A stretch of 64,000 bases of DNA from a virus (Duplodnaviria; Caudoviricetes), in IMG/VR virus record IMGVR_UViG_2912464834_000002; one strand, given 5' to 3'. Positions 10,559 to 19,283 of this stretch are shown here, in pieces (the stretch's first letter is position 1; each line of letters begins with the position of its first letter). The notes beneath the pieces were generated by a model. It searched no databases, was not told the origin of the DNA, and saw only the letters and a program-made list of their open reading frames with translations. Both the position numbers and the translations under genes were made by a program.

Positions 10559-11095
10559 ATGACCATCGAATACTACGTTTTCGCGAATGCAGCGGGGCAA
10601 ATCACCGGCTCAGGATCGACGGCGGACGGCACGATTCCGGAGGGAGCGATTATCTGCACCCAGAGCCAGGCCGCGAACCCGTTGGCCTACGCCATCGCCG
10701 GCGAAAGCGTCGTCGAGGCGAGCGGCGCGCAGCTTCTGGAACAGGCCCAAGCGGCCCAGATCTCCATCGTCAACGCCTCCTATGCGGCCGCAGTAATGGA
10801 GCCGGTCTCGTTCAAGACTGCTGAAGGCGCAACCGAATCGTTTCAGGCCGATCCGGGCAGTCAGCTGGTATTGATGCAAGCTACGCAGGGCTATACGCTG
10901 GCCGGTAGCGTGCCAGCCGGTTTTTACTGGGTTGCGGTCGACAATACGCAGGTTCCGTTCACTCTCACCGATCTGAGCGCGTTGTACCAGGCGATGCTCG
11001 ATCGCGGCTGGGCGGCGTTCCAGCGTAAGCAAACCCTGAAGGCTCAAATTGCAGCGGCTACGACTGTCGCTGCCGTGCAAGCAATCTCGTGGTGA
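10559..11095 (+). CDS. DUF4376-like tail fibre assembly protein
   Basis: FQAD, W...DN..VPFT, LKAQI.AATT...V.AI.W. Confidence 0.75.
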   Translation: MTIEYYVFANAAGQITGSGSTADGTIPEGAIICTQSQAANPLAYAIAGESVVEASGAQLLEQAQAAQISIVNASYAAAVMEPVSFKTAEGATESFQADPGSQLVLMQATQGYTLAGSVPAGFYWVAVDNTQVPFTLTDLSALYQAMLDRGWAAFQRKQTLKAQIAAATTVAAVQAISW

Positions 11096-11102
11096 TTGAG
11101 CT

Positions 11103-12641
11103 ATGAAAAACAGTTTTTTTCGATCGTTAGGTTGCGTGCTGTTCTATCTGACGGTCGGCGCGAACTTTGCGCTGGCCCAGAGCTCACCCGGATTCGTGAC
11201 CGGCCAGGTTCTGACCGCACAGCAGCTAAACAACGCGTTCTCGAATGTCTTGGCGCTCAGCGGCGGAACGCTGACTGGCCCGCTCACAGTGCCGACGCTC
11301 ATCGCAGGGAACGCGAGCATTTCGACAGGGACAATATCGGGGGCAACGATCTCCGGCGCCACCATCAATGGGACGTCCATCGGTTCGTCGATACCTAGCA
11401 GCGGGGCATTTACAAATGCCTCTGTGAGCGGATCAATGACGTTCACAAACGGATCGGATACGATTTCTGCGATCAACAATGCTAACAACGTGTTGGTATT
11501 CACAGGCTCAGGTGGAAGCAATGCAAAGAGCCTTGCAGTGCTGAACCGAGGTGGCTATATCGCATCGTCGGATGGAAACGTAGGAAATGGCGTTGAGATT
11601 GGCTCCGATGCTACAAATACCATAATCGTACAAGGCTTGAATGCGAGCGGCATTGCGGGCCTTGATACGAATTTCACGACGTATCGTCCTTCTTTGTCGA
11701 ACAATACGTTTATCGGGCCGACCATGTCTGCGGCCCCCGGGGCCGAAGAGCATATCTGGTTAGGTACTGACTATCAGAATAGCCGTTATGTGATTACGCA
11801 AACTGTCACCGGAACCGGTAGTTATCACCCGATGGCATTGAATAATGGGCAGGCAGATGCGCTCGTCGTCGGGACCGGAGCAACTCCGTCTACGACGTTT
11901 TATGGTGGCGGCATCGTATTGGCGGGCACGGAGGGAAATCAGATCGGGTGGGCGGCCGGTGGGCAGAACTGGCAAGTCAATGCAGTTTCCGGTGGGAATT
12001 TGTATGTCCACGATAGCACGCACAACAAGTTTCCGATTGCCGTCGTTCCTAACTCATCGGCGGCGCTCGCAATCAATTCAGCATCGTCGACGTTCACCGG
12101 CGGTCTGGATTCGACAGCCATAGGCCCCAACACGCCGAGCACGGGAGCATTCACGACGCTATCCGCGTCGAGCACCGTGAGCGGTGCGGGATTCACGAGC
12201 TACCTCGCGTCACCTCCGGCGATCGGTGGCACAGCAGCCAACGCTGACTCCTTCACGAATCTGTCGTCGTCCGGGACCGTAAGCGGGACAGGTTTCTCGA
12301 GCTATCTGTCTTCGCCTCCGCCCATCGGCGCAACGACGGCGAATACGGGGCGCTTCTCGACGCTTTCGTCGACCGGCACCGGCGCGATGCCGATGTACAG
12401 CACGACCGGTACCGGCGTGAACGCGCCGCATATGGTTCAAGGCACCGTCGCGCTGTCGTCTGGATCGGCGACGGTCACGCTCAGCGGATCGGCGGCGTTC
12501 TCGTCCTCGTCGACTTATACCTGCACCGCGAACGATACGACCGCCACGAATGCGGTGAAGGTCAGTCAGGGCTCCGGCACGTCGATCACGTTCACGGGCA
12601 CCGGCACCGACTCAGTGCAGTTTCTTTGCGCGGGCAGCTGA
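11103..12641 (+). CDS. Ser/Thr/Gly-rich fibre-like protein with predicted signal peptide
   Basis: MKNSFFRSLGCVLFYLTVGANFALA-Q; 34-aa IG..T...G.F..LS repeats; paralog at 59189. Confidence 0.7.
   Translation: MKNSFFRSLGCVLFYLTVGANFALAQSSPGFVTGQVLTAQQLNNAFSNVLALSGGTLTGPLTVPTLIAGNASISTGTISGATISGATINGTSIGSSIPSSGAFTNASVSGSMTFTNGSDTISAINNANNVLVFTGSGGSNAKSLAVLNRGGYIASSDGNVGNGVEIGSDATNTIIVQGLNASGIAGLDTNFTTYRPSLSNNTFIGPTMSAAPGAEEHIWLGTDYQNSRYVITQTVTGTGSYHPMALNNGQADALVVGTGATPSTTFYGGGIVLAGTEGNQIGWAAGGQNWQVNAVSGGNLYVHDSTHNKFPIAVVPNSSAALAINSASSTFTGGLDSTAIGPNTPSTGAFTTLSASSTVSGAGFTSYLASPPAIGGTAANADSFTNLSSSGTVSGTGFSSYLSSPPPIGATTANTGRFSTLSSTGTGAMPMYSTTGTGVNAPHMVQGTVALSSGSATVTLSGSAAFSSSSTYTCTANDTTATNAVKVSQGSGTSITFTGTGTDSVQFLCAGS
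12120..12377 (+). repeat. About 2.5 copies of a 102-bp (34-aa) coding repeat
   Basis: Units start at 12120, 12222 and 12324 (IGPNTPSTGAFTTLS / IGGTAANADSFTNLS / IGATTANTGRFSTLS). Confidence 0.75.
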
Positions 12642-12665
12642 TCGAGTTCGCATAAAACCATGCAT

Positions 12666-12687
12666 AGCCGCCTTTGGGCGGCTTTTT
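12666..12687 (+). terminator. Intrinsic terminator
   Basis: AGCCGCC-TTTG-GGCGGCT followed by T4. Confidence 0.75.
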
Positions 12688-12704
12688 CATTTCCGGGGGG
12701 ATGA

Positions 12705-13133
12705 ATGACCGACAACGTATCGGGGAGCGCTCGCGTCGAAGAGCGATTTCGTGCCGGAGAACGCCGATTCTCGAAGCTTGAACGTCGAATCGATGAGAGC
12801 GATGAGCAGGTGAAGGCTCACCTGCAACAGCAGGATGCGCACCTTCAACAGCAGGACGAGAAGATCGATACGCTCGTCGCCGAGATGGCTGACCTCCGAG
12901 CGGACACGAAATCGATTCAGGCGAATACGCAGTCGATGGTCGATACATGGGAGGGCGGCGCGCGCGCAGTGCGCGCGTTGTGCCGTCTTGCCGATGCGTG
13001 GCGCTTCCTTGTCCGGCACGTCGCCGGCCCGACGATCGCGTTCGGCACGGTCGGTGTGATCGTCTTTCGCTATATGCGACACGAACCGATCCCCGATTGG
13101 GCGAGCGCGGTCGTGAAACTGCTTCTGGGATGA
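12705..13133 (+). CDS. Coiled-coil protein with C-terminal TM segment (holin/antiholin candidate)
   Basis: Directly upstream of the endolysin; hydrophobic VAGPTIAFGTVGVIVF. Confidence 0.6.
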   Translation: MTDNVSGSARVEERFRAGERRFSKLERRIDESDEQVKAHLQQQDAHLQQQDEKIDTLVAEMADLRADTKSIQANTQSMVDTWEGGARAVRALCRLADAWRFLVRHVAGPTIAFGTVGVIVFRYMRHEPIPDWASAVVKLLLG

Positions 13134-13702
13134 CCATGACACCACAAACTCTTTCCGCCGCGCTGCGGATCCCGCTCGCGCGTGCGATGCCGTGGGCAGA
13201 TCCGCTTTCAGCCGCTATGGCGCTGTATGCGATCGACTCTCCCGCGCGGCAGGCTGCGTTTCTCGCGCAGTGCGGTCATGAGACGGGCGGTTTCCAGTGG
13301 CTCCGCGAGATCTGGGGGCCGACGGCGGCGCAGCGCGCGTACGAGCCGCCGGCCGCGAAGGCGGCGGAGCTGGGCAACACGCAGGCCGGAGATGGCTTCC
13401 GGTACCGCGGCGGCGGCCTGTTGCAGCTCACCGGCCGCTACAACTTCCGTGAGATGGGCCAGAAGATCGGCATCGACCTCGAGGGCAACCCGGACCTGAT
13501 CGCGCAGCCTTCCACAGCAGCGCATGCCTCGGCGCAGTTCTGGGCTGACCACGCGCTCAGCGCCTTTGCCGACGCAGGCGACTTCCTCTCGATCAGCCGC
13601 GCGATCAATCTCGGCAATCCGCGCTCGGCGGCGACACCGAACGGCATGCCGGACCGCCTGGCACTCTGGGGTTCCTGCAAGAAGGCGCTCGGCGTGGCCT
13701 GA
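13130..13702 (+). CDS. Endolysin, GH19 (chitinase-like)
   Basis: AAFLAQCGHETGGF, GDGFRYRG.G..QLTGR.N; start re-called at 13130 (or 13136). Confidence 0.9.
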   Translation: MTMTPQTLSAALRIPLARAMPWADPLSAAMALYAIDSPARQAAFLAQCGHETGGFQWLREIWGPTAAQRAYEPPAAKAAELGNTQAGDGFRYRGGGLLQLTGRYNFREMGQKIGIDLEGNPDLIAQPSTAAHASAQFWADHALSAFADAGDFLSISRAINLGNPRSAATPNGMPDRLALWGSCKKALGVA

Positions 13703-13738
13703 CGCGCCAGTTTTCGATTTTTGGAAATTTCGCAATCC

Positions 13739-13763
13739 AGCCTGGCCGCGCGCCGGGCTTTTT
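13739..13763 (+). terminator. Intrinsic terminator
   Basis: AGCCTGGC-CGCGC-GCCGGGCT followed by T4. Confidence 0.65.
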
Positions 13764-13779
13764 CATTTCTGGACCAGAC

Positions 13780-14415
13780 ATGACTCTATGCAGCCATGAC
13801 GTCGCGCTCGAGCAGCGCTGCGAGAAGTGCACGGCCGAGGGCCTCGCCGGCCTGCCGAAGATCGCCGGCGAGCACGCCGTGCGCGTGACCGACGTCGAGA
13901 TCGAGTACTACCCGGATCACGCCGAGCCGCGCACCGAGTCGGCGACGTTTCGCCATACGAAGAAGGTCGGCCATGCCGCCGGCCTGCGCTGCTCGATCAG
14001 CGGCCAGCCAGCGCCCGAGTACCACCACCTGTTCTGCGAGTGGGCCGATTCCGATGGCGTCGACTGGGCGACCGTGCGCGGCATCGCGCTCGGCGAGATC
14101 AAGGAAATCCCAGTGCTCGATCCCGAGACCGACCAGCCGACGAAGGAACTGTATCCCGCCGAGGAATCCTTCATCTGGCTCATCTGCAAGCTCGTCGAGC
14201 TGCGCGGCTTCGACTGGCATGCGTTCGACCCAGCGAAGCCCGAGACCTTCGTCGACGCGATGGTGAACATGCTGCCGCTCTCCGCGAAGTTCCATCGGTC
14301 TCCGACGCACGGCATCCATCACCGGTCGTTCCCGACCTACGTGTTCCAGGCGTTCCCGCGCAAGGCCGGGTTCGTCTTCACCCCGGACGAGCTCGTCCAA
14401 GACCACAAGGAGTAG
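13780..14415 (+). CDS. Hypothetical protein, HNH-like His-rich motifs
   Basis: CSISG..PEYHH, NMLPLSAKFHR...GIHH; paralog at 61821. Confidence 0.6.
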   Translation: MTLCSHDVALEQRCEKCTAEGLAGLPKIAGEHAVRVTDVEIEYYPDHAEPRTESATFRHTKKVGHAAGLRCSISGQPAPEYHHLFCEWADSDGVDWATVRGIALGEIKEIPVLDPETDQPTKELYPAEESFIWLICKLVELRGFDWHAFDPAKPETFVDAMVNMLPLSAKFHRSPTHGIHHRSFPTYVFQAFPRKAGFVFTPDELVQDHKE

Positions 14416-14417
14416 CC

Positions 14418-14612
14418 ATGCCGAGATCCATTCTGCAAACCGGCGCTGTCACGTTCACCGCGTCGTCGTTTGTCCCGCTCATCGATTGGGCCGCATCTGC
14501 GATGGGCGTGAAGATTCCGCTCGATGCACAGCTGCAAATCGCGGCAGGGCTGATCACGATCGGGCACGCCATCGTCGATCGCTTTTTCCCGCAAGCCGTC
14601 ACCCAGCAATAA
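14418..14612 (+). CDS. Small two-TM protein (holin candidate)
   Basis: 64 aa MPRSILQTGAVTF...; AAGGAG RBS. Confidence 0.6.
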   Translation: MPRSILQTGAVTFTASSFVPLIDWAASAMGVKIPLDAQLQIAAGLITIGHAIVDRFFPQAVTQQ

Positions 14613-14654
14613 CCACATGCCGCGCGCCGCGGCACCACTCCTGAAGGATCCTTC

Positions 14655-15338
14655 ATGAAGAAGCTCATGCTGCTCGCGGCAGGCATTGCTGCGTCCGCTT
14701 TCCTCGTCTCCGGTTGCCAGTCGCTCGGCCCGGTTCAGCAATCGCCAGCCCAGATTGCCGCAGTCTTGTGCCCGGCGACGAACAGCGCAATCACCCAGAT
14801 CACGGCATTCAATGCGGCCATGGCGCCGACGCTTCCGTCCGCTGCGAACGCGAACGTCGTGCTCGAAAAGACCGTCACACCGATCGTCGCCGGCGCGTGT
14901 GCAGCCGGCGCGACGATCACGTCGTCGAGCGTCCAAGCGCTCATCACGCAGGGCATCCCGGCAATCGCTGGTGTCGTCGCGGCACTCCCGCTGGCGCCGA
15001 CGACTCAGGCGGCCATTCAGGCAGGATTCGCGGCAGCCGAGCTGGCCGTGAATCTGGTCGGGATGTACGAAAACGCGCTTCAGGCGGCGAAGACGTCGGC
15101 CGCGATCCCGGCTGCCGTGCCCATTCAGGCACCCGTCACGACGTCGAAGGCGATGACGAAGTTTCAGCCCGGTGACGTGTTGACTGCTGAAGATCTCAAC
15201 CGGAATTTCCAGTCGCTCAATCGTCGTCTCGAAACGCTCGAAGCGCATTCTCAGCCGGTTGAGTTGACCGACGGCTTTTTCATGGTGCCGGCGGTCAATT
15301 ACCCGTCGACGCCGCTCGCTGGCACGCCGCTGCAATGA
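14655..15338 (+). CDS. Lipoprotein in lysis cassette
   Basis: MKKLMLLAAGIAASAFLVSG-C lipobox. Confidence 0.75.
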   Translation: MKKLMLLAAGIAASAFLVSGCQSLGPVQQSPAQIAAVLCPATNSAITQITAFNAAMAPTLPSAANANVVLEKTVTPIVAGACAAGATITSSSVQALITQGIPAIAGVVAALPLAPTTQAAIQAGFAAAELAVNLVGMYENALQAAKTSAAIPAAVPIQAPVTTSKAMTKFQPGDVLTAEDLNRNFQSLNRRLETLEAHSQPVELTDGFFMVPAVNYPSTPLAGTPLQ

Positions 15339-15643
15339 AGCTCGAAGAACAGAAGCACGACGACGGCACGCGGTCGATGCTGTTCGAGTGCCCGGGCTGC
15401 GACATGCTGCACGTCGTCTATGTCAAGGATGGCCGGTCGAATGGTCGGCCGGTGTGGCAGTGGAACGGCAGCATGGCCAAGCCGACCTTCTCGCCGTCCG
15501 TGCTGGTTCGCTACCCGTGTGGCGAGAGCCGTGAGGAACGCGTCTGCCATTCGTTCGTGCGAGAAGGGCGCATTCAGTACCTCAACGACTGCACGCACGC
15601 CCTTGCCGGTCAAACGGTCGATCTGCCGGAGATCGAGCCATGA
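15335..15643 (+). CDS. DUF6527-like Cys/His protein
   Basis: FECPGC..H, WNGS..KPTFSPS, CHSFV..G.I.YL.DCTH. Confidence 0.7.
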   Translation: MKLEEQKHDDGTRSMLFECPGCDMLHVVYVKDGRSNGRPVWQWNGSMAKPTFSPSVLVRYPCGESREERVCHSFVREGRIQYLNDCTHALAGQTVDLPEIEP

Positions 15644-16239
15644 CCCCGCGCGACTACGCACTGCTCGCGCAAGAGGCGTATTCCGCGAAGCCGGACATCG
15701 GCAAGGCGGCCAGCGCCTCGCGCGCGATCGTCCGGCAGACGGCGGCCGGCCTGGTCGTTGCCTTCCCGGGCACTGACAATCTCGACTGCGTGGCGGCCGA
15801 TCTCGACGCGCATCCGATCGACGTGATCGGCATCGGCCAGGTGCATCACGGATTCTGGAAGGCGTGGGGTGCGATTGCTGTCGACGTGCTCGCCGCGATC
15901 GATGGCCACCCGGTGACGCTCGTCGGGCACTCGCTCGGCGCCGCGATTGCGATCATGGCGGCGTCGGCGATGGTGGCCGCTGGCCACGCGCCAGTTGCTG
16001 TCTACGGCTTCGAGCCGCCGCGGGTGAGCACGAACGGGAGCGTCGCGGCGTTGCTCGCGGAGGTGCCGCTGAAGCTGTATAAGAACGGGAACGACATCGT
16101 GCCCGAGCTCCCGCTCGACTGGCACCACGCTGGCGTTATTCAGCAGATCGGACGCCCGATGTTTCCAATCCCGAATGTGACGGATCATGCGATCTCGCGG
16201 GTGATTACGGCTTTGTCTGCAACGGCAAGCGGGGCATAA
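15640..16239 (+). CDS. Class 3 lipase-like alpha/beta hydrolase
   Basis: VHHGF, GHSLG nucleophile elbow, NDIVP, C-terminal DH. Confidence 0.85.
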   Translation: MTPRDYALLAQEAYSAKPDIGKAASASRAIVRQTAAGLVVAFPGTDNLDCVAADLDAHPIDVIGIGQVHHGFWKAWGAIAVDVLAAIDGHPVTLVGHSLGAAIAIMAASAMVAAGHAPVAVYGFEPPRVSTNGSVAALLAEVPLKLYKNGNDIVPELPLDWHHAGVIQQIGRPMFPIPNVTDHAISRVITALSATASGA

Positions 16240-16257
16240 AAGGGCAGCGACTATTGC

Positions 16258-16473
16258 TCAAACTACGAAGGGATGCGCCATCGTAATAGCGTGAGAAGCC
16301 TCCAGATGGCGGATGACCTCATCTATCAACTTGCTTAGTTCCGTTTCGATTTCTTCGCCGCTCATAGAGCGCAGCAGGCCCAAATTACGGGCAGCAGAGT
16401 CTATCTCTTCCTTTGTTATCCGGAGGAAGGGGTGCAACTGATCGGGGCGACGCAGATCGTTGTTCGAGGTCAT
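16258..16473 (-). CDS. Hypothetical protein (lower-GC accessory gene)
   Basis: 71-aa ORF with GAGA-type RBS, convergent with the lipase. Confidence 0.5.
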   Translation of the reverse strand: MTSNNDLRRPDQLHPFLRITKEEIDSAARNLGLLRSMSGEEIETELSKLIDEVIRHLEASHAITMAHPFVV

Positions 16474-16593
16474 TTATATGGTCTCTCGTTCAATTGTGGA
16501 AGTTGCTCAATTAAGCTGTAAGGGATTCTACACGGCTTCTATGCTGCGCCGGCTTGGAGCGCAAGAGCGATGCGGGATACCGATTGCACTTGC

Positions 16594-16827
16594 TCAGAAG
16601 TAGCGCTGGGCGAGCAGGTCGCAGGCTTCGTCGTCGAACCCCATCGCGTGCACTCACCGGCTGCACCCATGATTCGGGTTCGAGCGCATCGGCACGCATT
16701 TCGAGCAGGTACAATGCGCGATGCCCGCTCCAGGCTCGGCGGTGCCTGCCCAGTGCTCGCATGTCCAGCACGTGCGCGTGACCGTGCGAACGTGCAGGCC
16801 AATATATCCGCCACCGTTCTTTTCCAT
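16594..16827 (-). pseudogene. Small Cys-rich protein interrupted by an in-frame TGA
   Basis: CWTCEHW...C...GCSR*VHAMGFDDE; stop at 16654-16656 falls where a Trp (TGG) is plausible. Confidence 0.5.
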
Positions 16828-16841
16828 GATGCGAAACAATG

Positions 16842-16857
16842 CTGTATATATATACAG
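16842..16857. promoter_or_regulatory. LexA (SOS) box
   Basis: CTGTATATATATACAG, a perfect CTGT-N8-ACAG. Confidence 0.85.
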
Positions 16858-16880
16858 TGTATCGCCGCTTCAGGCCAAGG

Positions 16881-17960
16881 CTAGGATTTTTCGGTTTTCC
16901 GCGGCGCGAGGCGGTCTAGCCATTTCCACCCGGCCCAGCGGTCTCCGCTATGGCGCAGGTGCGTATAGCGCTTCAGCGAGATCCAGCTCCGGTGTCCCGT
17001 TACAGCCGCCACGTGAGGGATATTCCAGCCCATCTCGAACAGCCGCGACGCGCCCTCGTGGCGCAGATCGTGAAATTTCAGGTCTTCGATGCCGAGGAAT
17101 GCGCAGGCGTCCGTGAAGCTGTCGCTGATCGACCGGTGATTGTATGGGAAGATCGGGCCCGAGGCAGGGCGCAAAGCCTCGACGATCCGCGCGGCCTCTG
17201 GCGGCACGTCGCACCACGTGTCGTTTCCTTTTTTTTGTCCCGGGTGCTTCATGTCGCGCACCAGCTGCCGATCGCCCTCGAAGTCCTCGATCCGGATCCT
17301 GGTAATTTCTTCCTGCCGGCGCGTGGAGAACATCGCGTAGACGATGATCTGGCGCATCGGGATCGTAGCCCGGCCGCGCGTCTCCATCTCGGTGTAGTAG
17401 GTGAGGATCCGGTCGAGTTCGTCCGGTGTCGGCCGGCGGTCGCGGTTTCGTGATCGATCTGTCATGCCGAGCCGCCGCAAGACGACCATCGCGTCGTCCA
17501 GCTCTTTCTCGTCAAGCGGGTACCCCCATCCCGGCCGCGCAATGCGCACGACGGCCGCCAAATGCGAGATGTAGTTGCTGACTGTCTGCGGCTGCACATT
17601 CAAACTGCGCGCGAAATCGACATAGTCGGGGCTTTTCAACGTCGAGCACTTCCGGCTGCCAATCGGCGCGGCCTTGATCGAGTTCAGCACCTGCGTCTTG
17701 GTGCGGCCGATTCCTTTCTTGTCCTCCCTCACGTAGCGGTCGATCACGTCCTTCAGCGGCGGATCTTCCTGCTTGGCCGACTCAAGCGCACCGGGCGCCG
17801 CGAGCGCCTTTTCGCGCTTCTCCATCCAGGCCCGTGCGGCCGCCTCCCTGTCGAATGTCTCCGCTTCGGTGTAGACGACTTTCCCTTTCTCCTTTCGGCG
17901 AATCTGGGCGGTGTACCCTATACTTCCATCCTTACGTTTTCTCGGCGTGATCGTTCCCAT
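16881..17960 (-). CDS. int: Tyrosine integrase, dusA-associated type
   Basis: MGTITPRKRKDG..YTAQIR, RQEEI, FHDLRHE, TGHRSW..L.RY. Confidence 0.92.
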   Translation of the reverse strand: MGTITPRKRKDGSIGYTAQIRRKEKGKVVYTEAETFDREAAARAWMEKREKALAAPGALESAKQEDPPLKDVIDRYVREDKKGIGRTKTQVLNSIKAAPIGSRKCSTLKSPDYVDFARSLNVQPQTVSNYISHLAAVVRIARPGWGYPLDEKELDDAMVVLRRLGMTDRSRNRDRRPTPDELDRILTYYTEMETRGRATIPMRQIIVYAMFSTRRQEEITRIRIEDFEGDRQLVRDMKHPGQKKGNDTWCDVPPEAARIVEALRPASGPIFPYNHRSISDSFTDACAFLGIEDLKFHDLRHEGASRLFEMGWNIPHVAAVTGHRSWISLKRYTHLRHSGDRWAGWKWLDRLAPRKTEKS

Positions 17961-17967
17961 GGTCCCC

Positions 17968-18006
17968 GGTGCTACGCGGCAAAAATCGGAGCTACATCGT
18001 AGCACC
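17968..18006. repeat. Putative integrase arm-type sites
   Basis: GGTGCTACG (17968), GGAGCTACA (17988) and inverted CGTAGCACC (17998). Confidence 0.45.
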
Positions 18007-18080
18007 ATAGCCAAAATATTCTCAATTTTCCTACGGGATTCTCAGGAATTCTGCGCCGCCGATAGAGAGTTAAGTGTCTG

Positions 18081-19121
18081 ATGTTTCAGGAAAATTCAAT
18101 AAAATCAACGGGTAGGCGTGTTTCGGTGGCCCCGATGCTCGACTGGACCGACCGTCATTGCCGTTCGTTCCACCGGACGCTGACGCGCGATACGTGGCTG
18201 TATACGGAGATGATCACGACGGGCGCGCTGTTGTTCGGCGATGCCCAGCGGCATCTTGCGTTCACGCCGAACGAATCGCCGGTCGCGCTGCAGTTGGGCG
18301 GCAGCGAGCGCGACGATCTGGCGCGCGCGGCGAAGCTCGGCGAGCAGTGGGGCTACGACGAAATCAACCTGAATTGCGGATGTCCGTCCGAGCGTGTGCA
18401 GCGCGGCGCGTTCGGCGCGTGCCTGATGAACGAGCCGCAACTCGTCGCGGACTGCGTGAAGGCGATGCGCGATGCGGTGTCGGTGCCGGTTACGGTCAAG
18501 CACCGGATCGGTGTCGACGCGGTCGAGGACTACGCATTCGTGCGCGACTTCGTCGGCACGGTGGCCGAGGCTGGCTGCGAAACGTTCGTCGTGCATGCAC
18601 GCAATGCGATCCTGAAAGGGTTGTCGCCGAAAGAGAACCGCGAGATCCCGCCGCTCAAGTACGACTATGCGTATCGGTTGAAGCGCGATTTTCCTTCGCT
18701 CGAGATCGTCATCAACGGCGGCATCACGACGCTCGACGAGGTTGCGCAGCATCTCGAGCATGTCGACGGCGTGATGCTCGGCCGCGAGGCGTATCACAAC
18801 CCGTACGTGCTCGCGGAGGTCGATGCACGCTTCTATGGATCGACGGCAGCGACGCCGACGCGCGAAGAGGCCGAGGCGAAGCTGATCGAATACTGCGCGG
18901 CCGAACTGAAGCGCGGCACCTACCTCGGCGCGATCGTGCGGCATGCGCTCGGACTGTATCGCGGGATGCCCGGTGCACGTGGCTGGCGTCGTGTGCTGTC
19001 GGACAACAAGAAGCTTGCACGCGGCGATCTGGCCGTGTTCGACGAGGCGCGCGCGCATCTGAACGAGGCCGAAGAAGTTTTTGAAAAAAAAGCTTTGCAA
19101 GATTCAAAAGTGTTCGTATAA
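18081..19121 (+). CDS. dusA: tRNA-dihydrouridine(20/20a) synthase DusA
   Basis: VAPMLDWTDRHCR, NLNCGCPS.RVQ.G.FGACLM, GLSPKENREIPPL. Confidence 0.96.
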   Translation: MFQENSIKSTGRRVSVAPMLDWTDRHCRSFHRTLTRDTWLYTEMITTGALLFGDAQRHLAFTPNESPVALQLGGSERDDLARAAKLGEQWGYDEINLNCGCPSERVQRGAFGACLMNEPQLVADCVKAMRDAVSVPVTVKHRIGVDAVEDYAFVRDFVGTVAEAGCETFVVHARNAILKGLSPKENREIPPLKYDYAYRLKRDFPSLEIVINGGITTLDEVAQHLEHVDGVMLGREAYHNPYVLAEVDARFYGSTAATPTREEAEAKLIEYCAAELKRGTYLGAIVRHALGLYRGMPGARGWRRVLSDNKKLARGDLAVFDEARAHLNEAEEVFEKKALQDSKVFV

Positions 19122-19122
19122 T
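19095..19122 (+). promoter_or_regulatory. Sigma70 promoter for tRNA-His
   Basis: TTGCAA-16 nt-TATAAT. Confidence 0.7.
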
Positions 19123-19123
19123 C

Positions 19124-19163
19124 TTGTTCTTCGCTGCTGAAACACAAAAGCAGCGAAGAACAA
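19124..19163. repeat. 15-bp perfect inverted repeat between dusA and tRNA
   Basis: TTGTTCTTCGCTGCT ... AGCAGCGAAGAACAA. Confidence 0.75.
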
Positions 19164-19177
19164 AAAGCAGTAACAGT

Positions 19178-19254
19178 GGTGGCTGTAGCTCAGTTGGTAG
19201 AGTCCAGGATTGTGATTCCTGTCGTCGTGGGTTCGAGTCCCATCAGCCACCCCA
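19178..19254 (+). tRNA. tRNA-His (GTG)
   Basis: G-1, acceptor stem GTGGCTG/CAGCCAC, anticodon arm CAGGA-TTGTGAT-TCCTG, GGTTCGA T-loop, encoded CCA. Confidence 0.97.
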
Positions 19255-19283
19255 AAGAATTCTGAGCAGTATCAAGCAGTTAG

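Larger units (their letters stand above)
1..18140. mobile_element. Prophage A (right part): Mu-like contractile tail, lysis cassette, dusA-associated integrase
   Basis: Sheath-tube-chaperone-tape measure-gpN-gpP-gp45-46-47-48-fibre order. Tyrosine integrase is divergent from the dusA 5' end. Right boundary approximate. Confidence 0.9.

Noticed and set aside
131-11095. Tailocin, T6SS or transposable Mu phage
   Set aside because: The adjacent lysis genes and tyrosine integrase favour a site-specific prophage. Head genes would lie outside the window, so completeness is unverified.
9863-16210. Assembly artefact duplicating the lysis region
   Set aside because: The copies differ by many substitutions, indels and gene swaps, consistent with real paralogy.
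16881-17960. Shufflon/invertase acting on the fibres
   Set aside because: No inverted fibre cassettes or repeated crossover sites seen; the dusA adjacency explains the gene.
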